A stretch of 64,000 nucleotides of DNA from Gemmatimonadota bacterium (GCA_041476105.1 JBGOSS010000009.1:2798-66797), one strand, 5' to 3'; shown: positions 49,960-59,702, numbered from the stretch's first letter. The notes: generated by a model from the letters alone, not told the origin. A program made the numbers and translations.

Positions 49960-51086
49960 AGCGCCTTGTCGTACATCCGAAGTGTCTTGTAGGCCCGGAA
50001 CCCCATCTTCTCCATGCCGTTGCGGATGGCGGCGTTGGTTTCGAGGAGCCAGCTCGCCTCGCCCCAGTTGAGGCCGCGCTTCTTGCTTTCCCGCCAGGTC
50101 CACTCGTACATCAGCGCGTCGGCGCCGGTCCGGCGGTACTCCGGGATCACGCCCAGGATCAGCGTCCGGATGCGGCCCAGCTTCCGGCGGTACCAGAGGA
50201 TCTTCAGGAGCCCGAAGGGAAAAAGGCGCCCCGACGGATTGTGCTTGAGCGCCACGTTGAAGTCGGGAATGCTGACCCCCATCCCGATGAGTTTGCCCTC
50301 GATCTCGGCGAAGACGACCAGCTCGGGTATGACGACCGGCTTGAGCCCCTTCGCGAGCACGTCGACCTCGGCGTCGGTCATGGGAATGAAACCCCAGTTC
50401 TTCTCCCACGCCGCATTGTAGACCTGCTTGACCTTGGCGACTTCTTCCTCGAAGCGCGACATGTCGAGCTTGCGCAGCGTGATCTTGTAGCGCTCGGCCA
50501 GCTTCCGTGCGCCCTCGATCAGCCGCTGGGGAGGAGGCGCCTCGTCCCCACCGCCCTCGTAGCAGAGGAGGTCCATCACCTTCGCGAATCCGGCGCGTTC
50601 GACCAGGCCGACGTAGTAGCGCGGATTGTGCGGGTTCATGATCACCGGCGGGGTGTCGAAACCGTCCACCAGCAGCCCGCACTCGTCGTTGGTGCTGAAC
50701 GACGCCGGCCCGCGCATCACCGTCAGCCCCTCGGCCCGCAACCACTGCGCGGTGACGCGGAAGAGCTCATCGGCGACCGCCTGGTCGTCGACACACTCGA
50801 AGAAGCCGAAGAAGCCGACCTGCTTCTCGTCGGGGTGGTACTGACCGTGCGCGTCGTTGCGGATCGCGGCGATGCGGCCCGCCACGGCGCCGCCCCGCTC
50901 GGCGAGGAAGTACTCGGCCTTGCCGTGCTCGAAGAAGGGGTTCGTCCCGCGGTCGAGGAGCTTGCGGACGTCCATGCGCAACGGGGCGACCCACATGGGA
51001 TCGCCCCGGTGCAGCCGGTACGGAAAGTCGATGAACCGGCGCAGGTCGGCCGGTGTGCTCACCGGCCGGACGGCGACCGAGGTCAG
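49956..51086 (-). CDS. Tandem GNAT acyltransferase; candidate bacterial ceramide synthase (bCerS-like)
   Basis: FIDFPYRLH..DP.WV.PL, NPFFEH, GRIAA, GFFGFFEC, GLLVDGF, PHNP.YY, WEKNWGF.P, EASWLLETN; start CTG 51086 or GTG 51062. Confidence 0.75.
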   Translation of the reverse strand: MTSVAVRPVSTPADLRRFIDFPYRLHRGDPMWVAPLRMDVRKLLDRGTNPFFEHGKAEYFLAERGGAVAGRIAAIRNDAHGQYHPDEKQVGFFGFFECVDDQAVADELFRVTAQWLRAEGLTVMRGPASFSTNDECGLLVDGFDTPPVIMNPHNPRYYVGLVERAGFAKVMDLLCYEGGGDEAPPPQRLIEGARKLAERYKITLRKLDMSRFEEEVAKVKQVYNAAWEKNWGFIPMTDAEVDVLAKGLKPVVIPELVVFAEIEGKLIGMGVSIPDFNVALKHNPSGRLFPFGLLKILWYRRKLGRIRTLILGVIPEYRRTGADALMYEWTWRESKKRGLNWGEASWLLETNAAIRNGMEKMGFRAYKTLRMYDKAL

Positions 51087-52294
51087 GCGAGAACCTCGAG
51101 GTCGCGGCCGATCTTCTGGAATGCGCTCAGCGCGAAATCGATCTGGTCGGCGGTATGCGTCGCCATCAGGCTGGTCCGGAGCCGGCACTGCGACGGCGGC
51201 ACGGCCGGCGGTACCACCGGGTTGGTGAAGACGCCGGCGTCGAACAGCTTCCGCCAGAAGACGAAGGTCTTTTCGAGCGGGCCGATGAGGACCGGCACGA
51301 TCGGCGTTTCGGTCGGGCCGATGTCGTAGCCCATCGAGCGCAGGCCCGCCTGGAGCCGCCGGGTGTTTTCCCACAGGGCGGCGCGGCGCTCCGGCTCGCT
51401 GCGCAGGATTTCGAGCGCCGCAAGCACGCCCGCGGTGTTCGAAGCCGGCAGGGCAGCCGTGAAGATGAGCGGCCGCGAGTGGTGCTTGAGGTAGTGGATG
51501 ACGTACTCGTCGCCGGCCACGTAGCCGCCGATCGATGCCAGCGACTTGGAGAAGGTCCCGACGGTCAGGTCGACTTCCGCGGTCATGCCGAAGTGGTCGG
51601 CGGTGCCGGCGCCGGTCGGACCCAGGACGCCGATCGAATGGGCGTCGTCCACCGCCAGCGCGGCGCCGTAGCGATGCGCGATCGGGACCAGCTTCGCCAG
51701 GTCGGCGATGTCGCCTTCCATGGAGAAGACGCCATCCACGATGATCATCGCGCCCTTGGTGCGCTCCGCCGCGAGCTTGCACTCCAGGCCCGCCAGGTCG
51801 CCGTGGTTGAACCGGACGACCTCGCCATACGACAGCTTGGCGCCGTCCACGATCGAGGCATGATCGAGCTTGTCGAGGAACACCGTCTCGCCGCGGCCGA
51901 CCAGCCCCGAGACGACGCCCAGGTTGGCCTGGTATCCGGTCGAGAAGACGAGGCACGACTCCTTGCCGAGGAACTCGGCGAGTGCGGTCTCGAGCTGCTC
52001 ATGGAGGTCGAGCGTTCCGTTCAGGAACCTGCTGCCGGTGCATCCCGAGCCGTACTTGTGCAGCGCCGCTTCCGCCGCCGCCAGCACCTTCGGGTGGTGG
52101 GTGAGGCCGAGGTAGTTGTTCGACCCCATCATCACCTTGGACTTCCCGTCGATCTTGACGACGGTGTCCTCGGATTCCTGGATAGGCGTGAAATAGGGGT
52201 ACAGCCCCATGGCCTGAACTTCTTTGGCACGCGTGAAGTTTCTGCACTTTTCGAACAGCGCGACGTGACGTTCAGTCTGGACTGTGGTGGCCAA
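51083..52294 (-). CDS. spt: Serine palmitoyltransferase (alpha-oxoamine synthase family)
   Basis: GLYPYF, GSNNYLGL, GCTGSRFLNGT, DHASI.DG, DDAH, PLP lysine in GTFSKSLASIGG, SRPLIFTAA; TTG start after GGGGGAAG; context favours Spt over BioF/Kbl. Confidence 0.8.
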   Translation of the reverse strand: MATTVQTERHVALFEKCRNFTRAKEVQAMGLYPYFTPIQESEDTVVKIDGKSKVMMGSNNYLGLTHHPKVLAAAEAALHKYGSGCTGSRFLNGTLDLHEQLETALAEFLGKESCLVFSTGYQANLGVVSGLVGRGETVFLDKLDHASIVDGAKLSYGEVVRFNHGDLAGLECKLAAERTKGAMIIVDGVFSMEGDIADLAKLVPIAHRYGAALAVDDAHSIGVLGPTGAGTADHFGMTAEVDLTVGTFSKSLASIGGYVAGDEYVIHYLKHHSRPLIFTAALPASNTAGVLAALEILRSEPERRAALWENTRRLQAGLRSMGYDIGPTETPIVPVLIGPLEKTFVFWRKLFDAGVFTNPVVPPAVPPSQCRLRTSLMATHTADQIDFALSAFQKIGRDLEVLA

Positions 52295-52333
52295 CGGACT
52301 TCCCCCTGACAAAGGCATTCGGTAAAGTTACCT

Positions 52334-53101
52334 ATGATACGGTCGCTTATCAAGTTACGTCGCTTGCCGCCAATGCTGGCGCCGCTGCTGGCGATTGCGC
52401 CAAATACCGGTGCGGCTCAGGCAATCCCGGCGGTGCCAGCCCCGGTCCGCTATTCCATCAGAATGGGCGACGCGGTGGTGTTCGGGGCCGCCGGTCTGGT
52501 CGGGGCGGTGCCGACGCTGGCCGGCACGAGACTGCCCTACGCACGCTGCGCTCCCTGCGATTCAACCCGCCTCTGGCCGCTCGATCGGCGCACGATCGGG
52601 CTGCCCAGGGAGGGCGTCTCGATGGGCAGCACGCTCGTCATGGGCGCGACCTTCGCGGGGGCCGGTGCGCTGATCGCGCTGTCGAGGCGCGGTGAGCCAG
52701 CGGCCGGCACGGCCGCATGGGAGGATCTCGCGATCCTGGCCGAGGCAGTCGAGATCGACGAGCTGGCCACGCAATGGGCGAAAGTGCTCTTCCACAGGGC
52801 GCGGCCGGTGCTGTATACGTCCGCGGCGTCCCAGAACCCCACGGTGGACGCGGGCCGCTCGTTTCCGTCGGGGCACGCCAGCTTCGCCTTCGCATCGGCG
52901 GCGGCCGCCGCATCCATCCTTCAGCGCCGTCACGAGCTGGGCCGGCACAAGGTCGAGGTGGTCCTGCTCTTCGCGGGCGCGACCGCGACGTCGGTGCTGC
53001 GTGTCGCCGCGCACAAGCACTTTCCCACCGACGTGGTGGCCGGCGCGGTGTTGGGAACGGCCGTCGGCTGGGTGCTGCCTCAGCTGCATCACGTCCACTG
53101 A
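52334..53101 (+). CDS. Canonical PAP2 lipid phosphatase (start uncertain)
   Basis: C1 KVLFHRARP, C2 FPSGH, C3 RVAAHKHFPTD. Confidence 0.85.
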   Translation: MIRSLIKLRRLPPMLAPLLAIAPNTGAAQAIPAVPAPVRYSIRMGDAVVFGAAGLVGAVPTLAGTRLPYARCAPCDSTRLWPLDRRTIGLPREGVSMGSTLVMGATFAGAGALIALSRRGEPAAGTAAWEDLAILAEAVEIDELATQWAKVLFHRARPVLYTSAASQNPTVDAGRSFPSGHASFAFASAAAAASILQRRHELGRHKVEVVLLFAGATATSVLRVAAHKHFPTDVVAGAVLGTAVGWVLPQLHHVH

Positions 53102-53185
53102 CCGGATGGTGTGACCCGCGTCACATGGCGCAACGTCTCTGCGCCCTATTCGGCGCCGGGCGGGATACTTACCTTGGGGAACAGC

Positions 53186-55477
53186 ATGTCCATACCCTTT
53201 TCCCGGCGTGCGGCCGTCATGGCCGTGCTCGCCCTTGGCGCGGCGGTCAGCCCGCGCGCCCTGCCGGCCCAGGACGGGCCGGTCCGGGAATGGGAGCCGC
53301 GCGGCTTCGATTTCACGCCGGACGGAGTGTGGAGGCGGAAGGCCGCGGCGGTGGCGGCCGCGCGTGCGGCGGCGCTGGCGCGTGGTGACTTCGCGTCGCT
53401 CAATGCGCCGATGGCGATGGCTGCCAACGTCCTCGCCCCGGGAGCGGTGCCATTCGCCTCGATGATGGCGGTGAGCGGCGTGCTGCGTGAGCCGGTCTTC
53501 ATCGTGCGCTTCAAGAACACCGACACCACCCAGCTCCACACACCCGCCGAATACAACGACGACCTGCTGAACGTGACGCCGATGCTGGGGCGGCCCTACA
53601 CCGTCAACAGTTTCTACGATGAAATGTCGAACCACTTGCTCTCCATCCAGGGCCAGATCCTGGGCTGGGTAACGCTGGACAGCACCAACGGCTGGTACGC
53701 CGGGAACTGTAATGGGCTCTGCACTTCCGGCCACGTAGCCGGCCTCATGGCCGAGGCTGTGACCAAGTCCGATACCACGGTGGATTTTGGCCAGTTTGAC
53801 AACGATGGCCCCGACGGCATTCCCAACTCCGGAGACGACGACGGGTTTGTGGACCTCGCCGTCTTCATCCATCCCGAGCTGGATGGCGCGTGCGGGCCCA
53901 GCCAGGCCGCGAATCCCGACATCTGGTCGCACCGCTTTTACTATGCCGGCTGGACCGGCGGCTTCCTGACCACGAACGACACGTCGTGGGCCAACATGGC
54001 GCACACCGTGATGAAGGGCCTCATCCGGGTCAACAACTACACGATCCAGAGCGGTGTCGGCGGCGCGACGGCCTGTGACCCGTCGAACATCATGGCGATC
54101 GGGACCATGGCGCACGAAACGGGGCACGCGTTCGGGCTCCCCGACTTCTACGACACCAATCCCACCGACGGCGACAACTCCGAGGGCATCGGGCATTGGG
54201 GGCTGATGAGCTCCGGCAACTACATGGTGCCGCCGAGCCCCGCGCACATGGAAGGCTTCTCGCGGATGCAGCTGGGGTGGGTGACGGTGCGGGACCTGGC
54301 CGCCAACGGGACGTACACGCTGGGGCCGTACACCGTCGGTGACACGATCTTCCGGATCACGCCTCCCGGCACGGCAAACTCGCGCGGCGAGTACTACCTC
54401 ATTGAGAACCGCCAGGGCACGCTCGGCGACTCCGCACTGGTGAATGCGTTCTACACCCAGAACGGCAAGCCGAAAGGGCCAGGCCTTCTCGTCTGGCACG
54501 TGGATCCGGTGCAGTACGCCAACGGACTCGGGCTGAACCAGATCAACACCGGTCCGATCCACGCTCTCAAGCTCGAGCAGGCCGACGGGCTCGACAATCT
54601 GGGCAGCAGCGTCTCCGGGATCCGCAATCGCGGGGACGGTGGGGACCCCTATCCCGGCAGCGGCAACAACCCCTCGTTCGGGACGAGCTCGACACCGCGC
54701 GCCATGCTCAACAGCGGCAACTACGCGGGGTTCGTGCTCGATTCGATCCGGCAGGTGGTGAGCGGGGGCGAGATGGCGTTCCGCCTCCGCTTCGGCTTCC
54801 CGGTCTTCTTCGCCACCAGCGGCTCGGGGACGGTGACCGCTTCGAACGCGATGGCGAGCGGCGATCTCCTGCCGGTGAACGACAGCGTGACGCTGACGTC
54901 GAGCGCCGGGGCCGGCCTGACGTTCGGCGGCTGGACCGGCGACACCACGACGAACAACGCCGTGCTGAAGCTGCGCACGACGCACGGCTGGACGGTGACG
55001 GCGGTCTTCCAGAGCGCGATCGCGGTGCTCGACTCCGCGCTGCGCGCGCCGAGGATGGGCGTGTCGTACCTCGACACCCTCACCATGTCGGGCGGCAACG
55101 GCTTCTTCAACTTCACGCTGCAGAGCGGCAGCACGCTGCCGCCCGGACTCACCCTGGCGCCCACCGGCGTCGTGTTCGGCGTGCCCGCGAAGGACAGCAC
55201 CTACACCTTCACGGTGCACGTCACGTCGGGACCGCAGTCGTCGGACCTCGCGCTGCGCCTGGCGGTGAGCGCGCCGACTCTGACGGTCACCAACGTGGTG
55301 AACCAGCTGCTGGGGGTCGCGGCTCCGCTGACTTCCGATGAGGTGCGCTACCTCGACCTGCTGGGCAACAGGAACAACCAGTTCGATCTGGGAGATTTCA
55401 TGGCCTGGCTCGACCATACCGGCAACATGGTGAGCGCCGACGTGACGCGACGCATCATGACGCGGAGCGGGCGGTGA
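53186..55477 (+). CDS. Secreted M6-family (immune inhibitor A-like) metalloprotease with C-terminal beta-sandwich/Ig domains
   Basis: Signal peptide; FDNDGPDG, IWSH, HETGHAFGLPDFYD, WGLMSSG, EYYLIENRQ, GLLVWHVD; LPPGLTL..TG...GVP putative Ig. Confidence 0.9.
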   Translation: MSIPFSRRAAVMAVLALGAAVSPRALPAQDGPVREWEPRGFDFTPDGVWRRKAAAVAAARAAALARGDFASLNAPMAMAANVLAPGAVPFASMMAVSGVLREPVFIVRFKNTDTTQLHTPAEYNDDLLNVTPMLGRPYTVNSFYDEMSNHLLSIQGQILGWVTLDSTNGWYAGNCNGLCTSGHVAGLMAEAVTKSDTTVDFGQFDNDGPDGIPNSGDDDGFVDLAVFIHPELDGACGPSQAANPDIWSHRFYYAGWTGGFLTTNDTSWANMAHTVMKGLIRVNNYTIQSGVGGATACDPSNIMAIGTMAHETGHAFGLPDFYDTNPTDGDNSEGIGHWGLMSSGNYMVPPSPAHMEGFSRMQLGWVTVRDLAANGTYTLGPYTVGDTIFRITPPGTANSRGEYYLIENRQGTLGDSALVNAFYTQNGKPKGPGLLVWHVDPVQYANGLGLNQINTGPIHALKLEQADGLDNLGSSVSGIRNRGDGGDPYPGSGNNPSFGTSSTPRAMLNSGNYAGFVLDSIRQVVSGGEMAFRLRFGFPVFFATSGSGTVTASNAMASGDLLPVNDSVTLTSSAGAGLTFGGWTGDTTTNNAVLKLRTTHGWTVTAVFQSAIAVLDSALRAPRMGVSYLDTLTMSGGNGFFNFTLQSGSTLPPGLTLAPTGVVFGVPAKDSTYTFTVHVTSGPQSSDLALRLAVSAPTLTVTNVVNQLLGVAAPLTSDEVRYLDLLGNRNNQFDLGDFMAWLDHTGNMVSADVTRRIMTRSGR

Positions 55478-55869
55478 GCCGCCGGCCTCTGCGGTCGCTC
55501 GCGCTCGCCGGCGCGCTGGCGCTCGCCGCCGGGTGCGCCGGCAGCACCGAGCCGACCGGCGGACTGGTGTCGGTCATCCTCCAGGGGCCCGCGCCCGCCC
55601 GCGCCGTGCTGTTCCGTCTTGTCGGTCCGCACCAGGCAATCACGGTGCCTTCCGGGTATCCGTTCCGCGTCTACCCGACACCGGGCACCGGGGACACGGT
55701 CATCGTCGCGGTGGTCGCGAACCAGGGTCAGCTGTTGACGGGTGCGATCGTCACGACGCAGGTGCCGAACGTGAGGACTCCGCCTACATTCACGCTGCTC
55801 CAGGTTGCGGCTGCCGACTATTCGCTGCCCAACGCGGCGCTGTATTCCGTGGTGATCCACACTCCCTAG
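55474..55869 (+). CDS. Small beta-rich lipoprotein
   Basis: Lipobox LAAGC; GTGA overlap with the protease stop. Confidence 0.7.
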   Translation: MSRRPLRSLALAGALALAAGCAGSTEPTGGLVSVILQGPAPARAVLFRLVGPHQAITVPSGYPFRVYPTPGTGDTVIVAVVANQGQLLTGAIVTTQVPNVRTPPTFTLLQVAAADYSLPNAALYSVVIHTP

Positions 55870-55887
55870 ACGGAACCGGAGATCGGC

Positions 55888-58218
55888 ATGAGAGCAGCCC
55901 ACTCGGCGGGCGTGACCGGAGTCCTCGTGGTCGCGCTCGCCGCTTCGCTTGAGGCGCAGCAGGCCCCCGCACGGGCGGATGCGGCGCCCTTCGATCTGTC
56001 CATCGACAACATCATGCGCGGCCCCGAGCTCTACGGCACCGCCCCCTCGCTGGTCCGGTTCTCCGACGACTCGCGCTGGGTCTGGTTCCGGTGGCGCAAG
56101 CCCGGCGTCGACACCACCGACCGGTTCTACCGCGTGGCCGTGCCGGGCGGAGAGGCCGAAGTCGCCAGCGACACGGCGGCGGACTCGTTGTACCCGCAGC
56201 CGGGCGCCTGGTCGCGTGACCGCCGCCTCAAGGTGTTCGCGCAGCGCGGCGATGTCTGGCTTTGGGACGCGGCCCGGGGTGCGCGGCGGCGGCTCACCCG
56301 GACGCCGGCCGCCGAGAGCTCCCCTTCGCTCGCGCCCGACGGGCGCACCGTGTATTTCGTCCGCGACGACAACCTCTTCGCGCTCGCCCTGGGTGACGCG
56401 ATGCTGCGCCAGCTCACCGACGTGCGCCGCGGGCTCGCACCGCGCGGGCTCGCGGCGCGCGACACCACCGGCCAGCGCGGCTTCCTGCGCGGCGAGCAGC
56501 GCCGCCTCTTCGAGTTTCTCCGGCGCCCCCCGCAGAGCGACAACGCCAACCCGTTCGCGCCGCGCCCCGGCGACTCCACGCTGCCCAAACCGCTCTACCT
56601 GGAGGAACGGCAGTCGATCCGGTCGTGGGACGTCTCGCCCGACGGCCGCTTTGCGCTCCTCACCGTCTTCGAGCGGGCCGCCAACGCGCAGGTACAGACG
56701 CTGCCGATCTGGGTGACGGCGACCGGCTACATCGAGACCCAGCCCAACCGCACCAAGGTCGGCGACGAGCAGGGCACCTCGAAGGCCGCGCTCCTGGAGC
56801 TCGAGACCGGCGCGCTGACCTGGCTGGACGTCGGACTCGGGCGCCGGCTGGTGGACGTGACCACGGTCGACTGGTCGTCGAGCGGCCGGTTCGCGCTGTT
56901 GCGCGGTACCTCGAGGGACGTCGAGGACCGCTGGCTCTGGACCGTCGAGCTGCCGGCCGTCACGGTGCGCATGGTGGACGCGCTCCACGACAGCGCTTGG
57001 GTGGCCCAGCTCTCGCAGAGCGCCGGCTGGCTGCCCAACGCCGACACCGTCTGGTTCACGTCGGAGCGCACCGGCTGGGCGCACCTGTACACGGTGCCCG
57101 CGACGGGAGCCGAGCAGCCGCACGCGGTGACGCCCGCGGACCGGCCCTACGAGGTGCGCCAGGTCGAGCCGTCGGCCGACGGCCGCCGCTTCACCTATCA
57201 CAGCAACGAGACGCACTTCGGCGAGCAGCACGCCTTCTCGATCGCCACCGACGGGTCGGGGGGCGCCCAGCTCACCCACTCCGACGGGCGCGAGGACGCC
57301 GTGGTCAGCCCCGACGAGCGTTGGCTGGCGGTGCTCCACTCGACGGCGAATCACCCGCCCGAGCTGTACATCCAGCCGAACCGCGCCGGCGCGGCGTGGC
57401 GGAAGGTGACCGAGTCCACGACCGAGGAGTTCCGCCGCTACCCGTGGCGGATCCCGGAGCTGGTCATGGTGCCGGCGCGGGACGGTGCCCAGGTTCCCGC
57501 GCGCCTCTACCGGCCGGCGCGGCCCAACGGCGCCGCGGTGATCTTCGTGCACGGCGCCGGCTACCTCCAGAATGCCCACAAGTGGTGGTCGAGCTACTCG
57601 CGCGAGTACCTGTTCAACCACCTCCTCGCCGAACGCGGCTACGCGGTGCTCGACATGGACTACCGCGCGAGCGCCGGCCTCGGCCGCAACTGGCGGGCGG
57701 CCATCTACCGGTACATGGGCGGCGTCGATCTCACCGATCACGTGGATGGCGCGCGCTGGCTGGTGCGCAATCTGGGCGTCGACAGCGCGCGCATCGGGAT
57801 CTACGGCGGCAGCTACGGCGGCTTCATCACGCTGATGGCGATGTTCACCACGCCCGGGGTGTTCCGTGCCGGCGCGGCGCTGCGTCCCGTGACCGACTGG
57901 GCGCACTACAACCACGGCTACACCTCCGCCATCCTGAACGAGCCGCAGGACGACAGCGCGGCCTACCGCCGCAGCTCGCCGATCTACTTCGCCGACGGGC
58001 TGCGCGGCAACCTGCTCATCGCCCACGGGATGGTCGACGACAACGTCAACTTCCAGGACGCCGTGATGCTGGTCCAGCGCCTGATCGAGCTGCGCAAGGA
58101 GAACTGGGAGCTCGCCGTCTACCCGGTGGAGCCCCACGGTTTCCGGATGGCCACGAGCTGGGCCGACGAGTACAAGCGGATCTTCCGGCTCTTCGAGACC
58201 AACCTGGCCCGGCCGTGA
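55888..58218 (+). CDS. S9-family (DPP IV-like) serine peptidase
   Basis: Beta-propeller SPDG repeats; GGSYGG nucleophile, DDNV Asp, HGF His. Confidence 0.92.
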   Translation: MRAAHSAGVTGVLVVALAASLEAQQAPARADAAPFDLSIDNIMRGPELYGTAPSLVRFSDDSRWVWFRWRKPGVDTTDRFYRVAVPGGEAEVASDTAADSLYPQPGAWSRDRRLKVFAQRGDVWLWDAARGARRRLTRTPAAESSPSLAPDGRTVYFVRDDNLFALALGDAMLRQLTDVRRGLAPRGLAARDTTGQRGFLRGEQRRLFEFLRRPPQSDNANPFAPRPGDSTLPKPLYLEERQSIRSWDVSPDGRFALLTVFERAANAQVQTLPIWVTATGYIETQPNRTKVGDEQGTSKAALLELETGALTWLDVGLGRRLVDVTTVDWSSSGRFALLRGTSRDVEDRWLWTVELPAVTVRMVDALHDSAWVAQLSQSAGWLPNADTVWFTSERTGWAHLYTVPATGAEQPHAVTPADRPYEVRQVEPSADGRRFTYHSNETHFGEQHAFSIATDGSGGAQLTHSDGREDAVVSPDERWLAVLHSTANHPPELYIQPNRAGAAWRKVTESTTEEFRRYPWRIPELVMVPARDGAQVPARLYRPARPNGAAVIFVHGAGYLQNAHKWWSSYSREYLFNHLLAERGYAVLDMDYRASAGLGRNWRAAIYRYMGGVDLTDHVDGARWLVRNLGVDSARIGIYGGSYGGFITLMAMFTTPGVFRAGAALRPVTDWAHYNHGYTSAILNEPQDDSAAYRRSSPIYFADGLRGNLLIAHGMVDDNVNFQDAVMLVQRLIELRKENWELAVYPVEPHGFRMATSWADEYKRIFRLFETNLARP

Positions 58219-58976
58219 ACGCACGGCCGCTCGGTGCGGCCTGTATCGGCGTCGGGGGCGCGGCGCTGCTGCGGCTGGGCGGCTCGTCGCTGCCGGTCTC
58301 GGTGCTGGGCGGCCTGGGCGCGACCACCTTCGCGGCCTGGCGCACCGTGCCCGGCGCCTTGGTGGCATATGGCCTGCTCCTCTTCGGCGCACTCGCGGCC
58401 TGGCCGGCCGCAGGGTCGCCCGGCGCCACCTCGCGCGCGCTACCGGTCCTGGCGGCGCTCGAGGCGTTCGGCCTGGCCACGATCGCGGCCACGATCTTCG
58501 CCAGCGCGTCCCGGCGCGTCAGCCGCCGGATGCTGGGCGCCTGGCTGGCGTCGTCGGGCTGCATCGTCCTGGGGCTGGTGCTCGACGCGGCCGTGCCGAC
58601 CGGTGGCCTGGGGAGCGCGCTGATCGCGGGCGGACTGGCGTACAAGCTCGGCGTCGTGCCGGCCTTCGCCTGGGCGCCGCTCCTGCTGCGCCATGCCTCG
58701 ACCCGGATCACGGCCCTCGGCGTGGCGGCCTTCCCGCTCACGCTGGCGGCGCTATGGACCGTCGTGCCGACGCTCTCCCAGCCGGACGACGCCATGGCCG
58801 CCCTGCTGGTGCTGAGCGTGGTCACCGTGCCCTGGGCGCTGTGGCACGTCGCGCATCAATGGCGGACCGACGCCCGCTGCGCCCGGTCGTACGGCGCGGT
58901 CCTCGCCGCGGCGTGCCTGCTGGTCGCGCTGGTCATGCAGGCGCGCCGCCTGCCGATCCTGTCGCTCTTGCGATAA
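58215..58976 (+). CDS. Membrane protein resembling an internal fragment of NuoN/Mrp antiporter-like subunits
   Basis: GTGA overlap; ALEAFGLA (TM5-like Glu) and GLAYKLGVVPAFAWAP (cf. GLxFKLxxxPFHxWxP). Confidence 0.55.
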   Translation: MNARPLGAACIGVGGAALLRLGGSSLPVSVLGGLGATTFAAWRTVPGALVAYGLLLFGALAAWPAAGSPGATSRALPVLAALEAFGLATIAATIFASASRRVSRRMLGAWLASSGCIVLGLVLDAAVPTGGLGSALIAGGLAYKLGVVPAFAWAPLLLRHASTRITALGVAAFPLTLAALWTVVPTLSQPDDAMAALLVLSVVTVPWALWHVAHQWRTDARCARSYGAVLAAACLLVALVMQARRLPILSLLR

Positions 58977-59039
58977 GATCCAGCACTCCATCACGTCCTA
59001 CGCAGCCGAACCTGTGACCGCCGGCCCAAGGGAGACCCC

Positions 59040-59567
59040 ATGCGTCCGCTGATCGTCCTCGCCGTGCTGGCCGCCGCCGCCGCTCCGCTCGCCGCCCAGA
59101 CCGATGCGCGCGCGACGATACTCGCCGACTGGCAGCGCAACCGCGACAACGTGCTGCGCTACATCGACGCGATGCCGGAATCGTCGCTCGGGTACCGGCC
59201 GACGCCGGGCGTACGCAATTTCGCCGAGCAGATGGAGCACATCGTCAGCACCAATACCGACGTGGCGGCGCTCGCGGTCCGCGGCCTCGCCCGCACGCCG
59301 CAGCTCGGTGACAGCACGCGGTTCCTGCACAGCAAGGCGGCGCTGCGGGCGCACGTGGCCGAGTCCTACGACTACCTGGTGAGCGCGCTGCGCGATGCGA
59401 CGCCGGCCCAGCTGGCCCGCCGCTCATCGATGTACGGCCAGCCCGAGGCGCCGGCCACCCGCTGGCTGGATCTCTCGCTCGAGCACTCGGTCTGGACGCT
59501 GGGGCAGGTGGTGCCGTACCTGCGGCTCAACGGCGTCACGCCGCCGGCGTACTCGATGCCCTTCTAG
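59040..59567 (+). CDS. Exported DinB-family protein
   Basis: Signal peptide; AMPE...YRPTPGVRNFAEQMEH, EH...LGQ...YLRLNGVTPP. Confidence 0.85.
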   Translation: MRPLIVLAVLAAAAAPLAAQTDARATILADWQRNRDNVLRYIDAMPESSLGYRPTPGVRNFAEQMEHIVSTNTDVAALAVRGLARTPQLGDSTRFLHSKAALRAHVAESYDYLVSALRDATPAQLARRSSMYGQPEAPATRWLDLSLEHSVWTLGQVVPYLRLNGVTPPAYSMPF

Positions 59568-59572
59568 GGGCA

Positions 59573-59607
59573 GAGGATCGAGGATGGAGGATCGTCCTCT
59601 ATCCTCT
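59573..59607. repeat. Heptamer tandem/inverted repeat hairpin upstream of the tRNA
   Basis: GAGGATC GAGGATG GAGGATC followed by GTCCTCT ATCCTCT. Confidence 0.6.
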
Positions 59608-59623
59608 TAGTTTTCAGTCGTCG

Positions 59624-59696
59624 GGGGCGGTAGCTCAGTTGGGAGAGCACCTGCTTTGCAAGCAGGGGGTCACCGGTTCGATCCCGGTCCGCTCCA
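59624..59696 (+). tRNA. tRNA-Ala(UGC); CCA not encoded
   Basis: Acceptor GGGGCGG/CCGCTCC with G3:U70; D arm TAGCTCAGTTGGGAGAGC; anticodon stem CCTGC-TTTGCAA-GCAGG; T loop GGTTCGATCC. Confidence 0.97.
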
Positions 59697-59702
59697 TCCT
59701 CC

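Noticed and set aside
51083..52294. bioF or kbl
   Set aside because: No biotin or tdh genes nearby; GTFSKS and YPYF motifs plus GNAT/reductase neighbours fit Spt better, although not proven.
59624..59696. tRNA-Ala as the attachment site of an island
   Set aside because: No duplicated tRNA 3' end or adjacent integrase seen; downstream genes look compositionally native.
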